Assembly (NCBI GenBank): GCA_044892525.1
Contig: CM097886.1
Location: 107,322,001 to 107,386,000 of the forward strand
DNA length: 64,000 bases
DNA from: Schmidtea polychroa
Lineage: Eukaryota
Direction: 5' to 3'
Part shown: positions 25,184-37,500 of the stretch, piece after piece
Layout of the letters: each line of letters begins with the position of its first letter
How positions within the stretch are numbered: position 1 is the stretch's first letter
Position numbers and translations under genes: made by a program
Notes under the pieces: generated by a model
What the model was told of the DNA's origin: nothing
Databases searched by the model: none
The model's input: the letters and a program-made list of their open reading frames with translations, nothing else

Positions 25184-28100
25184 TGTTGGCATATGTGGGG
25201 AAAAAGAAATTTGTTGCACACATCATCATCTCACATCTCACATACCCTGCATCATTACTCCGCTCAGATACTCCCCATACATACACCAAATGATCATGTA
25301 CATATTCCCACGCATGAGCCCGTGGTGATGTTCCACGTTGGTGCTGCTCACACGGGTTGGAAAAGGTTAGCAGGTGAGCCTCTGCCTTAAGACTACTCCT
25401 AACCCTTTCTCGATACGGGTTCTACGGTGCCTTAGAAGGTCTTACCCCGTCCCACATACACAATTCGGTCCGACCCTGGTCCAAGGGGACGACCTTGTAT
25501 TATCACCTACATTCGACATCATCTTTCCACTCGTATCAACTTCGATATCTCACCTGTTAAAATCAATCATCAGAAACAATAAAAGATGTATTAACTTATA
25601 ACAAATCATTACACGCAGAATAATCAAGAACTGTTTTACATGTAAACATACAGCATTTATAAACACGCAAGTTCACTTCGGGACCATGCATAGAACAAGG
25701 CACCTTTGAATTGATCAATCGAAGGGTTCTCCATCCGCAAGCATTGCGTCGATATCGACCGGCAGTCGTGGGTTAGAAATGTACTTGATGCCTTCTGCCG
25801 GTATTACACGAAAGATTTCCTTTGATGGGATGGAATGGCTGGAGGATATTTCTCTTATGGTAGATTGAGCTACAGATAGTGACGCCTCGAGAGCAGCCAT
25901 CGCATCTCGGCGTTTCTGATTTTTCTCGGCTCAGGTCGGCCGTTTCCGTTTGCGAGACGACGGGGGATTGTCAGTGTGCGGGGTGACGACGGTTGCCCCC
26001 AAGATTGGAGCCAAGATGGGCTCGGTAGGTCTACCTACCAAGGGTTGAGAACCCGATAAGATTGGAGCTGGAATGGGCGGTAGGCACGATCCATGCCCTT
26101 GGCAGCTCGTAGCAGTCGGTTCGGATACTTGATGATGAAGAGGGAAAACGTTCATTTTCTCTATGACGGGAAATTCCCGTACCCGCTTGGCGAGTTCTGC
26201 CTCCGTATAAACCTTGTGGAGGGCTTCTGATTGGGCTTTGATTGTAAGCCGTTGGCATCGGCTTTCCTCCAGCAAGCTATCTCTACAATGTTCTAACCGG
26301 AGGATTTTCTTTCGTTCCTCCTTCATTTGTGGCGGGGAGAACCACGTGCCTTCGTAAAGGTCGATTCTTTTCTTTAAAGCCCCGATGTATAGATGGAGCT
26401 GCGCGATATCTGCATTTTTATCCGCGCAGGAGAAACATGGGCGAAGAGTTTTCTCAGCAGTTGTAAAAGTAGTCATCTAAAGAATGAGAAGTCCTTTATT
26501 TACATCATTAAAATCCTTTCTACTATTTATTTTCTTTTTATCGTGAGCTTTATCCTACCACATATGCATACAATCAGGATTGTCCCCCACATCCATACCT
26601 TTGACATCACTTAACTCATCCAAACCGTAAACCTTCAAATCAACCCATCACATCGTTCGTAATGAAGAGAAAATGAGAACCATCACACGTTATTTCTCTA
26701 CTCATATTGATATTGTACCTAGGTTCCTGGGTCGACAGTTATCATCTAATCGCAATAAGTTACTCCTTACCACGGATATATTTTTTCCACTTTTATTTAT
26801 TATGACCTATTAAGGGTGGGTCTACTCCCTGGTTTTTATGGCTTATTGCGTTATGCCTGCTTTAATTTAAAAGAAGTAGTTCCATACTGTTGATGCACTT
26901 GGCGCTGTATTAAGTTAAAACGAATTTGTTAAAAATTATTATTAGTATTAATTTCCCTCATAAATTATAATTTAATTATTTAAATTTTCGCATTTCATGT
27001 TGTCATAACGACGCGTATCGGTATGTAGTTGTGTACTGGTTTCAGACTCTACCTGATGTGCGCTAATGTGTATTATCTCGTTTTACTCAATTATCGCTGT
27101 CCTCTCTTAACAACTCTAGACATGGTGTCTGTTAGTGTACTTTGATCTCGTCGTTTATTTATGTATGCCTACTAACACATTCTACTATGACGCAATGATG
27201 ATGTCAACTCACACACGTCCCTTGTACTAGTGGATTTATCTGTGTGTGGGTTTGGGCCTACTTATCTCAGTTATAACATTATTAGCAGATGGGCTAGACG
27301 GATGGAAGATAATGATTCAGGCTTATAGAAGTAACGATTGTTATGATTTCAAGATTGCCCAAATCTGTTACCGGGTAAAAATGGATTTAACTCCTATCTC
27401 TCTCGTGAATGTTGACTATTCTCAAAAACCTAATCGTCTCATCGATTTGGCGCATGTCGTTCCACAATCGAACCGCTGGAATATTTTATCTACGCTACTT
27501 GCTTCTCTGCAATAGTCGTTTCTCGATCAGATGGAAAATTTATCGATAATTTGTTCGAAATGGTCGATGATAATTTCCTTTAGGACTGTAATAAGTACCT
27601 ATGATTAATTAGAACTTTGCTGTTTACTTTCCTGTCAGGACGAATCCTTATCGATGACAGTAGTTAATCGAAGGTTGATAACTAAGTCTCCTACTCGTCA
27701 AATGACATATCACCGCGATGGGTTTACTCGCTAACGTTCTCTTAATTTATCAATTCTTAGGAATATAGAATATTCTAGATTTTTATCATTCCTCAAGAAA
27801 CGAAAATGGACGTTAGAATTATCAGTGAAGTTCGAGAATTTCATTACCCTCAAGGATAGTCGATATTCACATTCTGACGAAAAGAAGTAACCTAGCTCTG
27901 AATTGAATATGGCCGAACTCAAACTCGGATTAAATATCGAAAAATGTCGTCGATCTCCTAGAATTTTCAGTCAGCACGTTGTCGGCATCGAAACCAGTAT
28001 CGTTCAGAAGTTTCCTCAATAGAAAACTTCCGACGGCTAATTTTATGGATATCACTCGATGAAAGGATCATTGACTCGATTCGTTTTCTCTCACAGGGTT

Positions 28101-29413
28101 TCCTCACCCCTCACAACCCACCCAAGGACAGTACGCATTTCTGCCCACTGCCCTTGGACCGTCGTGAAGGACAACTCGACCCGACTTATCTCAAATCCTT
28201 CTCCAATAAATGTACAATTAATAAATTCATATTACTGTCAAACAAATATGGGAATAATGAAATTAAAAGAAAAATCAAATAAATAAACGTTTACCTAGCG
28301 ACCACGCCATCTGGATTCCGGGTATGATGACTCTTGCCATCGTAAATTTTTACATTCATTAAGTAATCATCATAGTACCCAAGTTCATGTAGATCCTTGG
28401 CTGGTTCTGTCAATTCAATTTCTGGGTATTCATATTCATAAGTTTTCTCCGAAATGCATACGTAATCCAGCCGCATCATACCCGAACTTCAAAAGACGTC
28501 GTCGCTAGCATCATAGAGAGAAAGCAACATCTTTTGTTTTTAAATATAAATTTTATTGAAACATAAAACGTCTTTTGATATTAAATTCATAGTAAACATT
28601 AAAATTATCATACTAAAATTCAAAACATAATTTACCAAAATTCTCCGAAGGTGTTGGGATTGAAATCAAAGTTTTGTCAAATTTTTCCTTAGTTAGACTG
28701 GTTCTTCTCAACTGGATTCGATCTCGACTATTATTTGCCTCTAAGTACTATCTGTTATGTCCAAGTATGAATATCGTTCGTAAGTCTGTGCTCGTGAGTG
28801 GTTCCTAGTTTCGTCCTGTAGAGTTTCGGGTTAGAATGATCATGATTTTAAATAAATTTTACCTGTAGAGTTTCGGGTTAGAATGATACTCTACAGAGTT
28901 TTGTTGCTCTTTATATATTATTTTCCGTCCAATCAGGACACACCTTGCTTGTAATTTTGTTATTTATTATTATTTTATGTTTTTCTTATCGTAGTATATT
29001 ATATTTTAATGACCCTACCTATTTCTATTATTGTTTTATTTATTTTCCTATTTTTTATTATTTTTCTCCTATTTTTCTGTGGTTTTATTGCTATTTTATT
29101 GTAACTTCATTTTTTGTTTTAATTATCCTTATGGATGATTTTATTTTTATTTTGTTTTCCTTTAGTTTTCGTTTGTTTTCCCTAAATTTTGTGCCATTTT
29201 ATTTCTCTTTTACTGTTGTGCTCATTGGGTGCCTTCCCTTTTGTCTTATTTCCCCTTTACAGGTTTTGTTATTTTATTTAGTTATTCTTGTTTCTTTATG
29301 GATGTTTAATTTGTTTCTTCCTATATTTCTCGTAATTTTTATATGTTTTTATTTTATTTACTCTGTCTCTTCCTGGGTTCGTTTTTCCAACACCTTCAGA
29401 GCTTGGCCCAACA
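25184..29413 (-). repeat. LTR copy 2 (4,230 bp, shared by the two units)
   Basis: Starts TGTTGG (25184) and ends CCAACA (29413), a perfect 6-bp terminal inverted repeat. The PBS lies next to the left edge. The right edge is fixed by the host junction of copy 3. Confidence 0.92.
25715..26476 (-). CDS. LTR-encoded ORF (181 aa, or ~253 aa if the TGA at 25931-25933 is read through) with basic NLS-like RKRKR
   Basis: ATG directly after TTCTCATTCTTTAG; the downstream 61-aa ORF is in frame across RKRKRPT*AEKNQKRRDAM. Confidence 0.6.
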
Positions 29414-29668
29414 AATCACTCCGGGGGCCGTTAAAATTGCGTCCCGCAATTCACACAATATCATACATTTAGATCATACCTTCTTTCGGTATAACCCATA
29501 ATCTCACAATCAAAATCCACACAAACATAAAATCAAATTAACACAAAAATACTTTAATTAAACAGAGAAAATGACAAATATAAGCAAGCAGTGGCCACTT
29601 AAGGTGACCGGTTTCATCAGAAGATAATAAAACAGCAAAAATTTTGTCAATAGTTACAGTTCGAAATG

Positions 29669-30328
29669 TTATGTTTGTTGTTCGGTTGCCGTTGATGATG
29701 GGTGATTTGGTTGTTGGGTTTCGATGTTGTAGTATATTCGGCGACTTGTGGACGGTCTGACTGTTTCTGCGATGGAGGTTCGTTGTCGGAGATTTTCTTG
29801 GATTACGTCAGCCATATTATCTTCTTGGGATCTTCAAGACGATCTTTCCGGTACGGGGTGACTTTTCTTCCAAACTTGGTAGATATTATGGATTTTTAGG
29901 AGGATGATTACCATGATTACGGTGGTTTCGACGATTACTACGTAGAGGAGTTCATGGTGGTCATTTATTTCTTTGGCGATTTCTACTGGTTCGACTGGGT
30001 TTTGTATTTCTTGATGTTGGACCTGTTGTTCCAGCTGATCGAGTTGGTGAATTTGGTCCAGGATTCTTTTATCAATAATTTTGCACATGGGGTGGTTATT
30101 ACACATTAATCTGATATTGTTGACGTACGTTCGGGTAACTCGAATATTGTCGGTAAGACGGGTTTTTAGGATACTTGGATAGATGCATGATTTGGCTGTT
30201 GGTTCGGTCTTTTGGTTGGGTTTTCTGCTGTCTCGAATATGTTCAATTTCGGGTTTTACGGGTTGTCGCCTTGTCAGATCAAGGACTATCGTCATCATCA
30301 GGATTATTATGATCGGTTTGTTTCTCAT
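29669..30328 (-). CDS. Accessory putative membrane protein, copy 2
   Basis: Same as 3257-3916. Confidence 0.6.
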
Positions 30329-30387
30329 ACTACTGATATACATTTAGTAATTTTATACACATTTATATACATCGCTTTTTGTCGGTT

Positions 30388-31095
30388 TTAATTTTGTCGT
30401 TTCTTTTTAGGGTTTTTCTCCCGGATTCGCATTAATTTAGACTCCGCTTTAATGACTCTATGTCGGAGTTCCGGCAACATTTCTAGTTGTCTCTCTTTCT
30501 CCTGGACCTTGTCTGTCAAGTGTCTTATCTCTCTTTTCAAGGTTTTTATCTCCTTCTTCTTTTCTTTCAGGTTCCGTTCCAGTTCCAATTGTAGGAAATC
30601 ATTTTCCTCTGGGTCGTTTGTCTTTGAGTTTTGTTTCTGCCGTTTTGTTTCTATTTCTCGATATTTACTATTCCATTTCTCCATTTCTGTACTTTCTTGT
30701 ACTTTTACTTCCAGCTGGTTTTCTAACTCCTTGATGGTTTCTTGTCGTTTCCTTGCTTCCGTTTTCCAATAATCTTCGATTACTTCGTTTGCCTTGAAAC
30801 TGGCTCTCTCCTGCCATAATTCTTCCGCGATCTTTTCCCAATTTCTCCCTCGCTTTCTTTGTTCGTGAAGCCATTCGTTTTCTACTTCTACTTCTTTCTT
30901 TATTTCCTCCAATGTTTTGCATTCCCTTTTTAGCGCCTTTATCATTCTTCGATCATCCATATATTTGTCTATCATCCTTTCTTTTTCCTGTTTCTCCTCT
31001 ATCAACTCGTCCTTCGGCGTTTTCATTTTTATGGGGTCTGTTTCAATTTCTCCCTCTTCTAGCTCGGTCATGGTGGATATTTCTTCTATTTTCAT
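30388..31095 (-). CDS. Accessory coiled-coil protein, copy 2
   Basis: Same as 3976-4683. Confidence 0.75.
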   Translation of the reverse strand: MKIEEISTMTELEEGEIETDPIKMKTPKDELIEEKQEKERMIDKYMDDRRMIKALKRECKTLEEIKKEVEVENEWLHEQRKRGRNWEKIAEELWQERASFKANEVIEDYWKTEARKRQETIKELENQLEVKVQESTEMEKWNSKYREIETKRQKQNSKTNDPEENDFLQLELERNLKEKKKEIKTLKREIRHLTDKVQEKERQLEMLPELRHRVIKAESKLMRIREKNPKKKRQN

Positions 31096-31270
31096 TTCTA
31101 CAATATTTACAATTAATAGTGCGCTACAGTGCGGCTTATACTTATACATTTATAGGTAATTTTATATAATCAGGGTTACAGTCCCGTAAATATTTTTATC
31201 GTACTAATAATTTTTTTTTGTTGGGATACAGGTCCCGCTTTTTATATTTTTTTATCTTTTCTCCTTATCT

Positions 31271-32309
31271 TTATACAAAGGTTTCTTCCTGGCCTACATA
31301 CCCTTCATCGCTGTCTATTGACGTTTGTAGTTGGATTGCGATGGGATCGAATGGGATGTGGTACCGGGGAATCTGCGCTCTAAGCTCCTGAACTTCGTCT
31401 CTTAGCGCTCTTGACACGTTGAGTTCCTCGTCTAACAGGTATGTCAGATACCTGGTTTCATCATCTCTTACTTCTATCTGTTTTTCTAACTCCTCCGCTT
31501 TTTCGCCGTTCTCCCATTTTTTGATCTCCTTTTCGAGGTTCTTGATATTTTCGTCATACATCTTCCTCTCGTTTTCCAATTTCTTGTTCTTACCGGCTAG
31601 CACTATATTCCTTTGTTCTAGTGCCCCCTTATAGCCGTTATTGTCTCTTTCAAGGTCTGCCACCTTGTTTACGAGTTCGACGATTCTACCTGACTGTTGC
31701 AGGATCATCTCTTCCATGGCGGTATTCTCCTGTTCCTTCATGGACAGTTTCATGGCCAGATGCCTTTCAAATTCCATGGCCTTGGTCTGCCAGGTTTGAC
31801 TTCTAGCTGCTACTTTCCGGAGCCTTCTTAGCTCTTCTTTCTGATCCAGGTTTTCTTCCCATTTCCCTTGATCACTCTCGTGTTCCAATCTCTGCGGCAA
31901 TTCTCTCATCTCTTTTTGGATTTCTCGATGTTGTTTTTTTCCCCTTTCTGGCTTCTGCTAATAGTTGGCGGGTCTTTCTTTCCTCCTTTTGTTTTTCTAT
32001 TTCCCGCTTCTTATTCTCATCCGTTAGTCTTTTTCTTGACTCCTGTACCAGCTGCTTCAGGTAATGCCCGTGTGCCTCTTGCCTGGTATTTTCTAATGCC
32101 GACCATTTGGCGGCTCTTTTGCAGGCCTCGGCCTCCGCCCGTAAATTCTGTACTAACCACTGGAACTGGTGGTTTTCCCATTCTCTCGCTTCTTCGAGGT
32201 AATTTCGTGTTTGATTTGATAATTGTGCCATCACTTTGGCCCATCTTTCTCTATGTATTCTACTGATGTTTATTTCGTTATTTGGGGCTTCCGTTTGATC
32301 TTGAGTCAT
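31271..32309 (-). pseudogene. Frameshifted coiled-coil accessory gene, copy 2
   Basis: Same as 4859-5897. Confidence 0.65.
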
Positions 32310-32527
32310 CTTTGTCTAAATAACGATATCATTAACTCAACGTTGTACGCTTTTATCTGGTTTATTATTTATTTATTTTTACAATTCGTTATAGGAGTTG
32401 TTTTAGGAGTTTTACGCTTAAGTTTACCTTTAGTAGATTTGGGGGATTTTTCTACACTACTATATAATATTTTACGGGGTATATATGCCGATATTTACAA
32501 TTAGTATATACAAAATTATTCGTCTCT

Positions 32528-33916
32528 CTACTCAGTCCTACTCTTCCCGTCTCGCCTCACCGCTATTTTTATGTATATAGTGTCGTTTCTCGTCATGTCT
32601 TCTACTTTCCGCTGTAGGATGAAATTCGGTGCTCCAGTTGCTGGTCCTTCTTCTTCCAAGGGCCTTTGGTAACATACGAGGTTTCCCGCTGTATGGAAAC
32701 TCTGTTCATGTATACTTTGATAGTTCATCATTGCGAGGTCTATTTTTGCTTTGAATGGCCATTCTATTAACTCGTCGTATAGCCCTTTGCACATCAAGAA
32801 GAATACTGAGAAATGCGTTCCGTATGCACTTCCATCCCCATTGGGGTATGCTTTCATTTTCATTTTATACCCGTTTTTTCATGAGTAGAATGCTGGACTT
32901 AGTAATGTGGTATCCTTTCCATTTCTCGCTCTCTGCATCTTCTCTTTTACTCCCGTTATTTTCCATATGTATGGAGCCGTTGGTATTAATTCGTTGAGGT
33001 TTAATTCGCTTACTTTTTGACGTAGTTCTTTCACCATAATGTTGCTAGTTTCCACTAGATCTGTCTGTATCTTTGTACTTGTTCTCGCCTCTTCAAATGC
33101 TTCCTTTTCTTCCAATAACTCTTTTACCAACGCTTTTAGCGAGACCATTTCTTTCTCTAAGTTTTCGGTTTTCCTTTCGTTTTCTTGTAATACCGTTGAC
33201 CATATTTCCGCGTGTGTTGATACGTTTTCTGCTAGATGTTGGGGTAATTCTCCTCGGTGTAATTGTTTCTGACATCCCCATTTTCCTAGCACACACGTTA
33301 TCTTTTTCCTTTCACATTCTCTGAGATGTTGAGCGAGTCTTATTACTCCAGATTTATCGCATTTATTGGGACATTCTCCTCTGAACCCTGCTCACACTTT
33401 CTCCTCTTGTATGTTGTGATGTTGACTGATTAGTTTTTTCCAGGTGTCGGTTTCTCCGCAATACTCACATTTCTCCAGTCTTTCTTCGCATCGACTTTGA
33501 TGTTCTGCTTCTTCATTGACTTTAATCTCTTCTTGGCAACGTTTGCATTGACTGATTTTATACTCACATTGCTCCATATGTTGCCTCACTTCCCATATCC
33601 CTCCTCGCCAATTGCATGGGGTGTTTTTACATCCTAAATTTGAATTTAACATATCTTTCACGGCTGCTTTATCTTCGTTTGTATCTCCCAAACTTGTTAT
33701 CATGGTTTCTTTACATACTGGGCACCATTGTGGTCCCTTCTTTATTATCTCCTCTACACATTCTCTGCACATTCTGCATCCACATCTGGTTTGGTGAGGT
33801 TCTCTTAATAAGCTCTTGCATATTCCACACGTTACATGGTTGTGTATTCGAATTGTGGTGGACTTTCTGACTTGTTCAACAATTTCTTTGAATTCTTCTC
33901 GTTGTCGCTTATCCAT
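32528..33916 (-). pseudogene. TRAF: TRAF-family gene with two in-frame TGA, copy 2
   Basis: Same as 6116-7504. Confidence 0.92.
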
Positions 33917-34005
33917 TTCTATAATTATATATATACATATATTCGTTACTGGTACAGTTTCGTATTTTTATTTACAGTTATTTACATTGCTATTTTAGGT
34001 TATAT

Positions 34006-34365
34006 TTATTGGCTGGAAGAGTCGGCCTCTTGTCCGCCCTCTTCCCTACTGGTTAACCATTCTGACCAGTCTTCTATCTCCTCTCGCTCCATCTCTTCCG
34101 CGATTCTTATTAACTCCTCTTCTTGCACCTGGCTGTATCGTGATATTCGGTCTATCTCTCGCTGCATTTGTTCTATTTTTATTCGTTGGTCTTCGATTAT
34201 TCTTACATAACTGAAGCCTTTATTTAAACTTTCGACTAAGCTTCTTTGTACAGCGAGTCCTTGTTCCTGTAAATTCGAAATCACTTGAGTTAACATTGCA
34301 CATTGTTGTTTCCACATCTCCTCGGTTGTCGTACTGTGATTTACTTCCTCGCCTATTCGCTCCAT
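34006..34365 (-). CDS. Accessory acidic coiled-coil protein, copy 2
   Basis: Same as 7594-7953. Confidence 0.6.
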   Translation of the reverse strand: MERIGEEVNHSTTTEEMWKQQCAMLTQVISNLQEQGLAVQRSLVESLNKGFSYVRIIEDQRIKIEQMQREIDRISRYSQVQEEELIRIAEEMEREEIEDWSEWLTSREEGGQEADSSSQ

Positions 34366-34533
34366 TCTTAATTTATATATACTTTTCAACCCTTATCCAA
34401 TTTTATTTTTATATTATTTATCCCCATCGTTATATAATATTGATACCGCGGTTATATAAAAATATATCATACTGTTATATAAATAAATATTATCTACTTA
34501 CTTTTTACAATCTATATACAGTCATAATCCTTT

Positions 34534-37500
34534 CTATATACGTGAGCTTGGAGGGCGCTGAGCATTCCAGGCCTCCACCCACTGTTCCTGCTTGATATTA
34601 CTTGGTCGTTTTACACGATGTTGAAAATTTCTTATTCTGGCCATTTCTAGTTCTCCGCGATGCCGTCTATCTTTGATTATTTTTATTGTCCCCCCCGTTA
34701 TGATTAAAAAGGCCCCTGTTATTATTATGCCGCTGATCCACATCATCTGTTTTACGCTTATAATTTCCGCTTTTTCCTTGTTCATTATTGTTGATATTGC
34801 CTCTGTGCTTTTTAGATTACCGTCTTTGCCATTTCCTTTTATCATTCCTCGTATTCTTGCTATTTCCTCGTTCATACCTTCCTTTGCCATTCTTTGTATT
34901 TTCTCCATCTCTTCCTCTGATACATAATTGTCCTGATATTTCTCACCGGTTTTCTTGCGTTTTCCTTGCTCATCTTTTTCGTCATTGATTTTTCTTTTCT
35001 TCCCTCTTTTCCCAGGGTATCGTCGACATTCTCTTTCTGGACCGTTTCTCAGGATACAGACCGTATATTCCTTTGGTGGTTGTTGTTGCGTTACATATTG
35101 CAGACAATTTTCTCCTGGGCCTAGCCTTGAAATACACACTTTGTGCTCTTTTCTTGGTTGAAGCTGTGTTATCACTATTTCACCTCCTTTACTCAGGTGT
35201 ACCTCTTTCCATTTGACTTTTGTTATCTTCTTCCCGTTTCGATGTTGGTACGCTTCTTGTATTCCCACTTCCGTTATTGGTTCTGCATCTTCATTTTTTA
35301 ACACTAGTCTCTGATAAGCTCTAGACATACATCTTCCTAATATACACCTTTCTTTTAAATCCCATTCTTCTTTTAGATCCCATTGCTGCTCTTGTACTTG
35401 TTTTTTCTTTTCTTGTTTTAGTTCTTCCTCTTTGTTGTCCTTATTTTCCGTTTCTTTGGCTTCTTTTATCGTTCTCATTCCTCCCTGGGCTGTTATCATT
35501 TCCACCATTGTTAATACGAGTATCATTATCATCATATTTGTCTCCACTTCTTTGTTGGTAAAAAGTAGGCATACCCTCTGTTTTCCACTATTCGTCTTTT
35601 CTTCTTGCTTCATTCGGTTTCCCGGGTTATTTTCCTCTTTTTTCCTACTCGCGTCGTTATTTTCTTGATTATTCTCCTCTGATTTCTCTTTCTCTTTATT
35701 CCCGTTTCGACCTTTTTCATTATTATCGTCGTCTTTATCGTCTTTATCTCCCCCGCTATCGTTTAAAATGTCGTCCTCGACATTTATATCATTCAACAGT
35801 CTGCGGTATGCCGTTAGCACCCTGTTTCTTGCTAATTTTGCTTCGAATTCGAACTCTTTTCTGCCTGTTGCTGCATGTCTCTTTCTATTCCATTCTTTTA
35901 CTAGTTCTCTCAATTGTATACGGCGATGTTTTCCGATTCGTTTTTGTTCGTTTAGATTTTGCGTAAATTTGAGGTCTTCTCTGTTCAATACTATCGTTAT
36001 GATTTTCGGAGTTCCTCCTTTTGTTAATGTATTTTTAACCATGGCATTTTCTCCGTTTTCATAGAACTCATTTATATTTATTGCATATTTATTACTTTGC
36101 GGTAATTTCCATGTTAACAATAGCTTCATGGCTTCTAAGTTTTTCCGTATCGTGTTCCATTGGAACTGTGACGTATTTTTACAGATATTTTCTACCTCAG
36201 TTCTTGTAGCATTTTTACAAATGAATCTAATCATTTCCAAGTTTGGTTGTATTGTTGCCCAATCCATGGTAGAATTTCCTTCGTTTGATATTTCGTCAAG
36301 ACTCGAACCTGATTGATGTAGTATATGTAAGGTTTTCGGGTGTATCTTTGTTATTGCTGCATACATCATTGCTGTTTCTCCTTGTTCATTTTTTGCATTA
36401 GATTCTTCTCCGAAGTCTCTAAGAATTCTTATGATGGTTATTGCTCTGTTTTCTTTTGCTGCTAAAATGGCTTGTTGTAATGGTGTTCTTGAATCTTTTG
36501 TTGGTAAGGTGAATGCGAGTGGTATAAATGTTTTTATTTTTCCTATGTCTAGATTTGTGGTCTGGTCTCTTGCGTAGGTGTGTACTGTTTTTGTTATTTT
36601 TGCTAGTATCGCTTCATCGGATAGATCTTGCCTTTCCTCCACGAATACTTCTTTAGCCTTACGTACTACTATCTCTTGGTCGGAGTTTATTATCTTTGGT
36701 TTACTTGTTGTTGCTATATCGCTTATTATTTGATTGACTCGTTTCTCAGACTCCCTTGCTGTTATTTTCTTGGTTTTTATCCTTTTCTGGTTCGAACTGT
36801 TAATGCGTTCCTCTGCCGTTAGAACTTGAATAATACTTAGGTAGTTTTCTCGAATGTCATTCATAGTTTCCATCATATATAATACACTCACGGTTTCCCA
36901 AAATTTTTCTTGTACTTTATCGGTAAATTGAGATATAGCTTTTTCGAAGTTGGTAATTCGTTTTCTGATTAGTTGTTCGTCTTTGTGATTTGAGAACTTT
37001 ATGCCACGTTGTAGTAGTTGATTTGGAATTTCGAATAGGTGATGTCCTCTCATCGCTTCTCTCATCAAGGTGTTTTCTCCTTTGGTAAATGTTTCGTTTA
37101 TATCTACCATATAATCGTTTTTGATCGGGTTCCTCCATGCAATTAGTAATCCAGCAATTGTTATTAATTTCTCTTTGATTGCAGTTAATAGCCCGTCATA
37201 CATGTTTCCTATCTCCCTATTATCCTCGTATGATAATAGATCTACTAAGATTATGAAGGCTTTCGTACTTTTCCCTTCGATTGCATGATGTAGTGCATTT
37301 TTCTGGTTGTGATCTTGTGTGGTTATCTTTGACCCAGTTTCAAGTAATGCGATATTAATATCTTTAGCTTTATCCCGATTGGCTGCTATCATTAGTGGAG
37401 TGTAACCTTGGTTGTTTTCTTGATCCGTCGAAATGTTACAGTCGCGAAATGCTTCGATCGTTTCCAGTATTTGTTCATTATTCCCGACCTTTAAAAGTTT

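Noticed and set aside
2077-25933. Alternative host genetic code (UGA=Cys/Trp or UAR=Gln)
   Set aside because: The 4,624-codon polyprotein has many Cys, Trp and Gln residues but no internal TGA/TAA/TAG, which argues against general reassignment.
25184-29413. The 4.2-kb segment as a separate DNA transposon with an AATCA TSD
   Set aside because: The copy ending at 55825 joins host DNA without AATCA, and a PBS abuts the inner edge, as expected for an LTR.
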